From: Camelus dromedarius
Lineage: Eukaryota
DNA length: 64,000 nucleotides
Reading direction: 5' to 3'
Assembly: GCF_036321535.1 (NCBI RefSeq)
Contig: NC_087437.1
Location: forward strand, 14,696,001 to 14,760,000
Shown one piece after another: positions 9,834-22,090 of this stretch. Position numbers and translations under genes: made by a program. Below the pieces are notes generated by a model. It saw only the letters and a list, made by a program, of their open reading frames with translations, ran no database searches and was not told where the DNA came from. Within the stretch, counting starts at the first letter, position 1. Every line of letters starts with the position of its first letter.

Positions 9834-12800
9834 CTATAAACATTAGGTAAAGCATTCAAGCAAAAAAAGTAGGCATCAAGAAAAGATCAGAAAGCAGTTT
9901 ATTGTACTTCAGTTATACCTCAATAAAGCTGAAAACAAAAGTTCTCTCTAAAAAATTTTTTTAAATTTAAAAATCAGAAAGAAAACACTAAAATGTAAAG
10001 GTGTTACATGAGCAGTGGTTGTCTGTAAATGAGGAACCCATTCCACGTGGAGATGTTTTCTCTTGCTTGCTTTTGAGTATTTCTCCAGTTTTTCTTAAGT
10101 AGCCTGAATTTCTTAAGTAGTCAGGGAGAGAAAGCACCTTTTATCAAACCTCATAAGTAAGAAAGGAATTAATCAGAAGACCGAATGCACGGGTCTGTTC
10201 TTCCCTGTCCGCCTCCCACCCATTTGTGACTTTGGCATTCTGAGGCAGTGGAAGAAATGAACAGACAAGGCAGGAAGGTGTGAAGAAAGTGGGAAAAATT
10301 AGGTAGCATTTGAAAGAAGGCAAGACAGCTGATCCTGAGCTCTGGGTGACCCGAGTGCATCTCAATCCTGGCTGCACAGCAAAATTATTTCAGAACACTT
10401 TCAAAAACACTCAGGCCCAAGACCAATTCAATCAGAAGGAGGAAAGGTTTTTAAGCTCTCTGATGAGTCTAACACACAGCCAAGGATGGGAACATGCGAG
10501 TTGAGAAAACTCAACCTTTTCTAGAAAGGGGAACCTTTTCTATTCTTTCTGTTCCCAGACCCCCTTAACCTCTTCCCCTCAAGGATCAACAGGAAATTTC
10601 CCCACCGGTCTTTACAAGTCTGGATCCCCCAGTGTTCTCCAGCCCAGAAAACGTATTCCACTCTCCAATTCTCCATCTCCTACCCCTTTCCAACAGTTTT
10701 TCTGTCTAATCTTCAGTTCCTTGGGCCAGGTCACAATTTCCATGGCAAACTAGAAACTCCACGAAATGCAGCCACCACAACCAGTGAGAGGTGGAACAAC
10801 ACAGAGAGAAAGTGAAACCAACCAGAGATTTGATTTGGGCTGATTGCTTCTCAAGGGATCACAAATATTTATAATTAATGACCCTAGGGACCATCAACCC
10901 ATTCTCTGATTTTAGAAGTGAGCAAACTGAGTCCCAGAGGGGGCAATTGATGTCCTGAGGTCACACAGCTTGTTGTGGCAGCACCGTTCAGCTATGCTGG
11001 CTCTCAGTCCAGGGACATTTTCTCTGCATTGGGCTGTCACTTCTCCTTGGCTCTGTTCCCAAAGCTAAATCACAGTGGCCCAGCCATTTGCAAAGTTTCT
11101 TCTGTCCCAACACTCCTGGGGGTCTATACTGCACCATAGTTATTATCTCTTTGGGAAATCGGGGAGGGGCATTGTAATCAACAGCAATGAATCCTGCATA
11201 GCGTGCAAAAGAAAAAAAAAAACTGGTCATTATTGTTCACCCCTCACCCTCCCGAGAATCATCACCGGCCCAACAGTCACTCAAACATTAATTCTGAACA
11301 GATTCATTGGTGTTTCATTAATAGAGTAATCTGAAAGCTGCATCTCAGAGAAAACAGACAGTACTTGTTTCATTTTGGCTGATGCTGCCCAGACCTCTTG
11401 CAGAGAGGCAGAGCTGAGAAAATATTTGCAGAATGAGTGAATTCCTCTGATCATCAGCAGAGATCAGAACTGACAGCCAGAAATCCTCCAATAAATAGTT
11501 TTGTCAGCTGCCATCATGCCCTGGGGGCTGACTCCTGCCCAGCCCAGCCCCAGCATCCCTTGTCGGTTTCTTGGCGGCCAAGCATAAATGCGAAACGGCT
11601 CAGCACACGCTGCTTTCGAAACCTTTTACAGAGAGAATATAAACATGTAGTTAATTAGCTCTTAGCCCGCAGAGACTGAACATTAATTGACGTGACTAAT
11701 TTATATCTTCATTTAGATTCCCCCAGAAACTGATCCTGAGACAAATATTGAAGTGTAGGTGGTTTGTTTGGAAGTTGGGGGAAGTGGAAATGTGAACCAA
11801 CAAAGAACTCGTTATCCAACCACTCTGTCTGTAGGAGCCTGGAGCACCCCCGGGGGCGTCTGGGGAACAGCACAGAATAATGGGAGAGGGGAGAGGCGAG
11901 GGAGCTGGGGTAATAATACCATCTCCCCTCAGTCATCTGCTATCTGCTAGCAGAGTGACCTTTCAAGGACTTACTTCTGAGAGAGCCCACAGGCAGAGGT
12001 GTGGAATCTGGCCATGGGAAGGAAGCCGGGGAGAACTAACACATTAAGGCCCCAGGGGATGAGGGTGGATGCCATCAGCCTCTGCTCCCATTTGTCTGCC
12101 AACTTTTCTTGTTTCTTAATGAGCAAAAGCCTGTAAAGAGGCTCCGCTAGGTTCTCTCCAGCCAGGATGTTATAGATGTCGGGGACCTCAGTGGTCTGGT
12201 TTTTGGAGAATCTCAAGTTGCAGGATTCAGTGGTTAAGGGATCATGTGGGTCTGGAGAATTTCCAGAGGTCTTAAAGTCTAGTCCTTCCTTTCCTGTTTT
12301 TTGTGATTACCTGACTCAGGGTATTTAGGGATGCTTCAGGAACCTCTGACGGCATGCCACACCACGCTCCGGACCTCCTGGTGAACCATGGAACACACTC
12401 CCCAGTCTCAACTAATAGACCTTAAAAAGGCCACCTTGGGGAATACTGAAGGGCCACTGTTACTCACCTGTTTCCTAGATTCATACACTGAGATATTTCC
12501 ATTCTGGGGAGCCACAAACAAAAAAAAAGTCCTAGGTGCAAGTATGCTCCACCCTGACCTTGGTCGGATTAAGATCTCTCAGTGCCCTTCTTCCTTAAAA
12601 CTTTGGTGGAACTTATGGGTGCGTTGAAGTCATCCGTCAGTCATTGATAGAAGTCCCAGAATTCAAAAATAAAACAGCTATCCATTTGTGCCGGCTAGAC
12701 CTTTGGCATCCTGTCTGCTCATTCAATTTTCATAACAGCCTCAAAAGCACTAACTATTGTTAGTCCCATTTTACAGATGTGTTTCCTGCTACAGGAAGGA

Positions 12801-12977
12801 AGGAAGAAAGGAAGAGAGGAAAGGGGGGAAAGAGGCGAGAGCTTCTAGTTTCTCTGTGGCCAGGCTATTTCCACTAAGTTCTTTCACAGATGCAACCGTT
12901 TCAAAGGTCCTTTATCATCAACAGGAAAATGATGTTCTGGGTAGCCAAAAAGACACTTTCAAGAATATTACATAGTA

Positions 12978-13124
12978 GGGGGAGGGTATAGCTGAGTGGT
13001 AGAGTGCAGGCTTGGCGTGCATGAGGTCCTGAGTTCAATCCCCAGTACCTCTGTTAACATAAATAAATAAACCTAATTGCTTCCCCATCCAAAAAACAAA
13101 CAAAACAGTAAAAAAAAAAATTTT
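12978..13124 (+). mobile_element. tRNA-derived SINE (camelid Vic-1-like)
   Basis: ggggagggtatagctgagtggtagag (A box), gagttcaatcc (B box), A-rich tail, and a TSD core aagaatatta at 12961 and 13125. Confidence 0.9.
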
Positions 13125-13701
13125 AAGAATATTATAGAATTATAGTTTTTTATGATCTTTTCCTTACAATATACGACCCTCCTGGAAACAGAGCCAGGCT
13201 GCAGGCTAAGGGCTCCCAAAGTTTCTGAATCAAGCTGCTTAGGGTTCAAAAGGTAGACCTTCCCCATGTCAGTTGCCCATTGATGGGATTGGAGGCTCTC
13301 CCCACAAATCCCAGAAGCCGCATCTCTGTCCCCTGTTGACTGCAGCTGGGTGATGTGTAGGATAACCAAAGGCTTATTCAATTACCAGCATGAGCTGGTG
13401 TCGGGGATGGGAGGCGCCGGTGAGTCCCTCAGGGCCAGTAACTCCACAGCAAATAGATTGCTTCCTGACTACCTGCCCTGCTCCGACAGTAGGTCTGCAC
13501 TTGCCTCAGATCAGTTTAAGGCATTTGTGGTCAGAAACTTGAACTGAGCCGTAACCATCATGCCTCAGATGGTCAGGATGACAGACTGTGGAGACGGCTA
13601 AGAGTGAAGAGAGGTGAACAGATAGAGATGAATTGTGAGGTTTCTGGTTATTGATAATCTTAGGGCTGGAAGAGACATCAGAGACTGAATTTCATCAAAG
13701 G

Positions 13702-13897
13702 CAGTGCCTTCTTATAGAAACTTCTGCAGTGGTGGAACGTTCTATAATCTGGGCAGCAGTCCAGTGTGCTAGCTTGGCTGCATGTGGTTATTGAGTGTCT
13801 GAAATGTGCCTAATACTACTGAGAAACTGAACTTCCAATTTAACTTAATTTAATTTAATTTTGTTTAAATAGCAACACGTGGCTAGTGGGCAGCATA
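13702..13897. mobile_element. MER3-like MITE
   Basis: tagaaacttctgcagtggtggaacgttctata...catgtggttattgag...cacgtggctagtg. Confidence 0.65.
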
Positions 13898-14284
13898 GGT
13901 CTAGATCTACCCATGAAGAGGCTAGAGACCTTGGATAGCATGTCACCCTGTCATTCATATTTGCAAACAATAACTTGTCCTGTTGGGGCAAATGCAGGCT
14001 GCTGTGTCTATGCCTTTTCTTTGCTTGCTTTTACCAAAAAAAGTCTGTTTTCTAGGAGATGTAGAAATTGTATTAAATGGATTTCTGCCACTCTGAGGTG
14101 ACTGGCTCTAGGCTGCAAGATGGCCTGATGTGGTAGTACCATGACGGCCACCCAGGAGAGCTCCTTTCAAGGAGACGGAAACCATGTGGTCTTCTAATCC
14201 TAAAATATTTACTGTCTGGCCCTTTCTAGAAAAAGATGCCAACCCTTGTTCCAGCTAATGGGTATGCCATGCCCCCCCGATGAA

Positions 14285-14850
14285 TATTTAGGTGGCTTCC
14301 AATGTTTTGCTATTATAGATAAGACTAGTCACTAGCTTTGTATGTCCCTCATTTCCCAAAAGAGAAATGGATCTGTTGGATAAATGTATAGATACGGAAT
14401 TGCTAGGACAAAAATTATGTGCACAGGCAATATTGATACATATTGCCAAATTTCCCTCTGTAAAGGTTACAGCAATTTACATTCTCATCAGAAATGTTTG
14501 CGGGCACCCATTCCCCACACCCTCACCTGTGCTGTGAATTCTAACCCTTTGTGATCACTTGGTGAGCTTTGCCGACATTAGACGTAAAAAATGGGTTTTC
14601 AGTGTCCTTTTATTTGCACTTCTCATGTTATAAGGAAGGTGGAACGTCTTTTTGCTGGATTTCATCCATATGTGTTTCCTCACGTACTATCACATCGTAT
14701 CTGTTGCCCATTTGTATTTGGTCTCGGACTCCTTATTACTGGCTTGTAGTGGCTCTTTGTACATTAGAGAAATTAGTCCTCTCTCTCTGATGTAAGTTGC
14801 AAATATACCCCCCAGCTTGTCATTTGTCTTTTTGCTTAATTTATGACGGT
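14285..14850 (-). mobile_element. Old L1M fragment
   Basis: atttaggtggcttccaatgttttgctatta...gcaatttacattctcatcag...ttgcaaatat. Confidence 0.65.
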
Positions 14851-16319
14851 TCTGGCTAGCTTTCCAAAAGATGTTGTTAGGCAGGAAGGAAGGGTTATTA
14901 CAGGAGCCAGGAGGCCAGGATTTGATTCCTGTCTCTGTGTGGTGCAGCCCAGCTGGTGCTGTTGGGGGAAGGGGGTGGGGAATCAGAGTAGGGAAAATAA
15001 AGAGACTGTCTCACTGAGGGAGGCCTGTCCTTTGCCTGTTCTGACCCCACCACCCGGCTCAGCCACATGCATCGTAGAAGGACTCCCAGGTCCTCATCTT
15101 CTGTAGTGTGTTTTCAGCCCCACGACTGGTCAACAACCAGTTATCTATCAATGCCAGGGGCCACCCACCACTGCAGCCTTGTCCTCACACCTTCTGCCGG
15201 GGACTCTTGACTCACTGCCTCATTCAGACTCCACTTGCCAAGCACAGACCAGGCTCCTGGCCCTGCGCTTGGCGCTGTGGACATGAAGCCCACCTGATTC
15301 TGCTGATCTCAAAGCTGTCTTAGATATTTCTTAACAGGAGCTCTTTTCCATGAAAGGCATAGGGCCCTTACTTCTAAACTGAGAGATCTTCAAAGACAAA
15401 ACAACCCAAACCCCTGAGAAATTCAGGTAGGGTGGCTTGTATTCAACAGAGCAGCCTCCTGGCAGGGATGAAGCAGAGGCGTCCCTTCTCAGGAACGGGA
15501 TAGTCTCCACGAACCAGAACGAAACTGCTGTCAAGTAGACTCTGATAATTATTTTCAGAAGCAAATGTGCCTTTCCCCTCAGAATAACCCCCACTGCAGA
15601 GCCTCCCCCGCCCCTTTCATCGGCAGGGCAAGCTTGCTCATGACCAAGAGGGCAGCCAGTCCACCAAGCCACGTGCTCCTCTGTTTCTTTTGGCAGCTTC
15701 GACCGAGGCTGGGAATTGGTCCTGCACCCTAAAGAGAGCAGCTTCAGCAGCCAAGCAGTTCTCATGTAAATTCAAGGAGAGACTTGGCTCAGCCTCCCCT
15801 GGCCAGCTCTTCTGTCAGTGTTGATGTTTCACTGAGACATCTGCTTCTTTTTTAATTCCCTGTAAGGAGATCTTAGGTCTCTGGTGAAGACGGGATGGCA
15901 TCCAGCCTTCTCCCCCATAAATCCTCCATCCGGCTGGGGTCGTTCAGGTGTGTGTGCCGCCTGTCAAAAGCCATCCTCAGCTAAACAACACCAGGTGACT
16001 GTCAAGTACCTTATAATCGTTAGAATAATGACAGCCAATCCACCTAAACATTAGATTTGATTTAATTCCATTGCTGGTAGCCCTTTCTCCTCCGTGGTCA
16101 CTGGCATGTGCCCGGGACACATTGTAGACCCTCAATAAACGATGCTGGGCATGTTCTAGGTGTGAAAACCATGTCGGGTCCCCAAAAGGGGTGAGTATAA
16201 AGTTGTTCCTGCCCACCAGGTACTACAGTCTCGTGTGAGGGTGGCTGGGGGGCAGGCGCAAGGCAATGGACAGAGAGACCACTGCTCCACAAGGACAAGC
16301 GGGACCAGCAGAGCATTTC

Positions 16320-16540
16320 TAAGTGTTTACAACGTGCCAGACAGTGTCCTGAGCTCTTGACAGGTCTGTTCTCATTTCATCTTCCCAATATGAGCTAGGA
16401 ATTGCGACTTTATCCACTTTACAGAGGAGGAAACTGAGGCTCGGTGAGGTTGGCTATGTTACCCACGATCACACAGGTAGAAAGTGGCAGAGCTGGGATT
16501 CAAACAACACGTTCTGACTATAGAATCAACACTCGTACCT
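16320..16540 (-). mobile_element. MIR SINE (representative copy; others near 1790, 10890, 19490, 24010, 28830, 43410, 44160, 45830, 47230, 50660, 55520, 56760, 58730)
   Basis: MIR core ttacagaggaggaaactgaggctc...ggcagagctgggattcaaac. Confidence 0.8.
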
Positions 16541-18159
16541 GCAGGGCTGACCTGGAAAATCACATGAAGTGAAGGGAGCCTTGATTCATCCTCTTTTCTA
16601 AGGATGAGCCAAGGACATCTTGTGTGAGGTTGGGAGGGCTGCGCCCTGAGGGGCCAAAAGGTTATGCCAGACTCCCGTCAGGATCTCTCCAGACCACAAA
16701 TCTGTGCCTTCTGTGTGGATAAGAGCAGGGACCCCTGTGTCCCCTCAGGGCCCACTGCTTTCCCTTTCTCCGTGACAGTGACCATAATGAGGTCAGTGTG
16801 ATCCTGTGGGGTCTGAGAAACTTAAGAGCAAGGCAGTTAGCTGTACTCTGCATTGGAGCAAGGCTCTTATAAAGCTGTTCACCAGCTGCAAAACCAGTGA
16901 GCCTGTGACTTCATGTGCACCAACACACCCATTTGTACATTTTAACTTGAAAATTTTTACCGTATTTCAAAATGTCAGCATGCTCCCCTGCCCAAGAAAC
17001 ATAGATGGAGTGCAAACCTGGGCAGTCTAGCTCCTGCACAGTGGAGCCAAGATTTTGAGCTGGTTTGAAAGTCTGGGGACTAACGTATCCATATGTCACC
17101 ACACATCCTAGCAACTGCCCTGAGAACAGTACACAGCCTTACCTTCCCTGCTCGGGGGCTAGAACCACACACCTACTATTTGGTGTGTGAGGGGACACCT
17201 GAAGGCATTGCGTTGAAATGGAAACAAAGGTAGAGTTATTATAAAAACGAGGAAACATAAATCTGAAAAGCCATTGGGGAAGAATACGTAATACTTTCAG
17301 GTGAGTTAAAGCAATGAACTGTCCCCAGATGAAAGGCAAATGTCACTTGTGGCAAGCTGATCTGAGGTTTGGGACATGCTCTAAAACAGCACTGACACTC
17401 ATAGTGATCAAATTCATTTCTTCTTCTCTTTCAAGCTGAATTAAACAGTATAAGAAAGTTTCCATTTGGTGCTGGGAGGTTATTAACCCTTCTCTTATAC
17501 TCATTAATCTCACCTTTCAGCAAAGAGAAAGCCAGCTTTGAGACTCAGCAGCTTGGCAGGCAACATTCGTCATCAAATAATACAGTGTTTTGTTTTCATT
17601 TTATTAATTTTTCAGTTATCTTCTATCTATGGCAAGTGATACAGTTTTATCAGTTTATGCAGCAATCCAGAACTTGGCTTTCAAAGACCAGTCATCACGT
17701 GGAAGTTTTAAATGAAGATCCTTGGGCCCCACTCAGGATCCCCTGAATCAGAACCTGCATTTTCATAAGATGCCCCAAATGATGCTGACGCATATTTAAA
17801 TTTGAGAACTTACCTACAGTTTCTGTTACAAACAAACAAAAAAAAGTGAACTGGTTTAAATAAAAATAGTTTGAATTTGTATTCAGATATGTGACAGACC
17901 ATGCTGGGTGTCCCAGAATGTTTGGGAAGCACTTGGGTACGGCGTCTTGCTAATGGAATTAAGACATGGGGATTCATCCCTCCAGAGACTAGTACACACC
18001 ACTGAGCCGCGGTGCACAAGACAATGTCTGGGTGAGAGGAGGGGCAGAGCATACTGGGCTGGGGCTGGGGCTATGGCCTTGGCCAGCAGCTTCACCCCAG
18101 ACCTGTCCACCAAGGCTTTGAAACGTGCTTGCACGGGACCGACTCCCCTTCATGCCCAG

Positions 18160-19245
18160 TTGTACCTATGCTGTGCTGGTGACGTTTCACAGCTGCTCTC
18201 TGCCGGAAATGTAAGCATACGTATTTATGTGCCAGTCAAATTCACGATGCTACCTAAAGGCAACATAAAAGTTTCTGTTGACATTTTCTTTATACAATTT
18301 TAGAAATAGCAAATTTTAAAATAAAAATACCTTGTTTTTCCACTTGCACCTATAACTTCAGTGTGACTTGCTGTTTCTTTGGAAATCCACCAACCATTTT
18401 TACAATCCTGTCATCAACAGTAATGTCACAAGATCAGACTACAGAAAAATGCTCGATTATTAATGTCTGACTAAGCAAAAAGTCACTCACATCACTGATG
18501 AATGAGGAAAGCTCTGCTGTGAATTTTCGCTGACCTTAATGTGTTCACTCATCAGTGATGTGAGTGACTGCTTTGTGAATCAGATAATAATTTTAAAATA
18601 CTGGAAGAACATTCCCTAATTTTGGTGCGATCCACAATGCAATAGCCACAGAAATCACCCACTTTTAAGTTCTATCTGCATTATTAACATTTTCTGCATC
18701 CCTTTCTTAAGTCTAGACAATCAACAAAATAGTCATTCAATCCCTGATTTGTAGTGTTTGCCTATTTCAATGGTGTAAATTTTGGCTGATTTCAAACTAC
18801 TAACTTCATGTAAATGAGCAGAATGGAGAAGAAATGTGCAGGGCACAGCATAATGTGTTATTTCCACCACACGGGTACCATGGATGTAAAAAACCTCAAC
18901 AGCATAGGTAAGGATAAAATGGAAAATAATTAGCCAGTGATATGTTTATTTATTACCATTTTAATTTAAAAATTTTTTATTTTTGTGGGGAAAGGGTAAT
19001 AGATTTTTTTTTTTTTTTTTAGTGGAGGCACTGGGGACTGAACCCAGGACCTCGTGCATACAAAACAAGCACTCTACCACTGAGCTATATCCTCCCCCCA
19101 TTAATTACCATTTTTAATATAACTTATTTGATTGTAAGTTGATATAATTCAATTTTGAATGATGGCCGTGTAACAACCAGGGCGCAAAATTTCTGAGAAC
19201 GCAGCACTCGGCTCTTGTGAGTGTTAGGAGCCAGCTCTAGCTCAT
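18160..19245 (-). mobile_element. Long MER63-like hAT-Blackjack element
   Basis: ccctgatttgtagtgtttgcc, gctgatttcaaactac and terminal ggagccagctctagc. Interrupted by a SINE. Confidence 0.65.
18966..19099 (-). mobile_element. tRNA-derived SINE (Vic-1-like)
   Basis: tgaacccaggacctcgtgca...cactctaccactgagctatatcctcccc, with attaccatttt on both sides. Confidence 0.9.
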
Positions 19246-19629
19246 GGCTCCCCCTGGCCACTCTGACTCCATCCGTCTGCCAGGATACCCACCGCGCTTG
19301 CCTCCCAGCACCCGCACAACCCATCCGGCCAGGCCCCAACCCCAGAGAGAGGGAGAAGAACAAGGCTACTGATCACAGGACTTGACCAAAAATGGGGGTA
19401 TTAGCGTGATCCAGCTTCACGTCGGGGGAGACAGCTCTAATGTGGGGAGTCTGAAGTCGACGCATAGGTGGGAGTGGCAGCCTTAAGTGCTGGTTAATGC
19501 CGAGCTCTGGGGTCTGCTGCTGGCCTTGAGTCCCAGCTCTGCCCCTTGTAGGCCATACGATCTTGAGTAAATAGCTCCATCTCTCTGTGCCTCAGTTTCC
19601 TCAAGTCAAATGGAATTAACAATGACACC

Positions 19630-19891
19630 TGAGATTTACAAATGCTAGCCACTATATATAAAAATACAATTTTTTAAAAAGTTTCTTTCGTACAGCACAG
19701 GAAACTATGTTCAGTATCTTGTAATAAACTTTAATGGAAAAAAGATGAAAACGAATATATGCATGCATATGCGTGACTGGGACATTGTGCTGTACACCAG
19801 AGACTGACACATTGTAATTGACTGTACTTCAATCAAAATAAATAAATAAAAAATAAATAAATGGCTTTATTTTCCCAAAAGGGGAAAAAAA
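19630..19891 (+). mobile_element. Short 5'-truncated L1 3' end inside a MIR
   Basis: gtacagcacaggaaactatgttcagtatcttgtaataa...tgactgtacttcaat plus an A-rich tail. Near-TSD aacaatgacac/aacagtgacac. Confidence 0.8.
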
Positions 19892-20789
19892 AACAGTGAC
19901 ACTTGCTTCACGGGGTTGTAAAGGCTAAATGACATGTGGACTTAAAGCAGTTAACAGAGTGCTTGGCACAAAGTAAGTGCTTAACACATACTAGTTATGG
20001 TTGTAGTGTTCAGCTCCTGGTGGCTTTTGCAAACTCATTTGTTGGCTGCTATTCCTTGCTACACACAGAAAATATAGACAGCCAGTATTTGCCTGCTTTT
20101 GAGGTTCTAAAGTTTCCACATGAATGACCTGATATGGAAGCCTCGTAGTGACCCCCAGAGGCAGTTTCAAATGATTATCACTTCCCGCTCGCTGTCATCT
20201 GTGGGCAAGGACAGGGACTCAGGGAGGCTGAGCGCTGGCCCAGAGACACACAGCCACGGGCCAACCAGTCAGAGCGCAGCCCGCGGCGTCTGTTCTCCTT
20301 CAGCTGCTCCCAGGCCTTTAAGGGACATTTGTGTTGAGTCTTTACAGCCTTCAAACAGCAAGAACTGGCAGAACTGCTCCTGCGATGTGAGCCTTTTGAC
20401 TCGGGGTGTCTCAGCCAGTCAATTAGGTTGGACTTTTTTGCATAAGTCTGTAAATAAGTATTCCTAGGTGGTAAAAATACCAAATCCAGCAAGCCAGTGA
20501 CGTAGGAGAGAAAGCAATTTATTTTCTCCTACATCAGTGGCTTGGAGACACTTATTTCCCCAGACTGGGCTGCAGATAAATGAGGGCGATCCCTTGCGCT
20601 TCCCCTTCTCCCCAGCAAAGAGGAGCAGCAGTGACCTGCTGCCCTGAGTGTGTGCGGAGGAGTCAGATTATGTCCAGCTTGCCCTGGGGAGAAGGTCCAA
20701 ACCACAGACCTTCCGTTGTGCTCACAACTGTGGCCAGACAGGTTTTTACAGAGAGTCAGGGACTGTCGGATCAAGTTGGTTCACTCCTT

Positions 20790-21300
20790 GTTTGAGGAAG
20801 GTTATTACTAGTGCTGGAGCGGGTTACAAATCCTTTGGAGGGCAATTTAGAAACGTTCATCACAATTACAAATGCCTACATTTTTCAGCAGTTCCATACA
20901 GGAATCTACCCCTCAGAGATGGTCCCTTGTATGGAAGATGAGGGATTGCGCCGTTGTTCGTAACAGGCCAAGACTGGAAACAATCTAAGTGTCCGTCACT
21001 GGGGAACTTCCAAATAATTACGTCCAAACAGGGCAATACTGCGCAGCCTTTGAAAAGAATGTAATCGGTCTGTATATACTGTTATAGAATAATGTCTAAG
21101 CTATATTAAGTACCAAAGCAAGGGGACATGATCATACGTATTTATTTACAAATATACGAAATGCTTCTGGAAGGAGATACAACACTGGAAAGAGGAGAGC
21201 TGAGTGATTAGGGCACGGGAAGATTTATACTGTATATCCTTTAGAAGATGTTTTGAATTGTATTCTATTTGCATGCATTATATGTTCAAACTAGATAAAC
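20790..21300 (+). mobile_element. Old L1M 3' fragment
   Basis: tttggagggcaattt...actggaaacaatctaagtgtccgtca. Confidence 0.65.
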
Positions 21301-21476
21301 GTTAGCATGCAAGTTGGTGTGGGCACCTCTAAAAAAAAAAAAAGAGCGATTTTTAAATCAAACAGCTGTTTCCTCTGAGATAGAGGCAATGAAGTGGTGA
21401 TTGGGGAGGGTGAGAGGGAAGGGAAGGGAAGTTCCTGGACTCAGCCCTGCTCACCCCGAATCCTGATTGTCCACAG

Positions 21477-21608
21477 CAACAGGCGGAGGTGGCCCGCATG
21501 GCCCAGACCCAGGAGGAGAAGATGGCTGCTGCCCTCAGGGTGGAGCTGCACAACACTTCGTGCCAAGTCCAGAGCCTGCAGGCCGAGACGGAATCCTTAA
21601 GGGCCCTG
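21477..21608 (+). CDS. BFSP2: BFSP2 coding exon 5, 132 bp
   Basis: ccacag| ... |gtgagt. Translates [44 protein letters not shown]. Phase 0 at both ends. Confidence 0.95.
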
Positions 21609-21734
21609 GTGAGTGGGCTGGAAGGAGCCCTGGACTCTCCTGGGTCAAGTTTAACTCTCCACTGTCGAATTGTAGTCATACCGGTTTCCCATCTCACAGC
21701 ATGTGAGTTTTGATCCGATACCAAATCACAAGTG

Positions 21735-22090
21735 TCATGGGCATGGTTAGTGCCCCATTGAAATACCCTTCCGCAGGCTGCTGCCCACAGATGCCCTAAG
21801 AACTGCCCTCAGCCAGAGGACACCTGGCCTAGGACAGTAGGCCCACCCCCAGCCCTCAGCCCTCAGCCAATGCCTGACCGACAGGGGGATTTAAAAGCCC
21901 AGCCCACTTGCTTCAGAGTGGACCCCAGTCTATGGTTGAATCCACACTCCCCAGCTCAGGCTGTAGCCAGACTCCAGCTGAGACCACCTTCTGGCTTAAC
22001 ATTTTCCTCTGCCCTGTCCTGCTTTCCTTGCTCCCCCTTTTCCTGAAAGGAATCCCCTAATTATTGACATGTGCTAGGATCCCTGTGTCA
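21735..22090 (+). mobile_element. LTR16-like ERVL LTR
   Basis: ccctcagccaatgcctgaccgacaggggg...gactccagctgagaccac...ctctgtttctgggg. Confidence 0.55.

Noticed and set aside
12978..13050. tRNA-like sequences (A and B boxes) here and at eight other loci
   Set aside because: They are SINE heads with A-rich tails and TSDs, and they lack an intact cloverleaf, so they are not tRNA genes.
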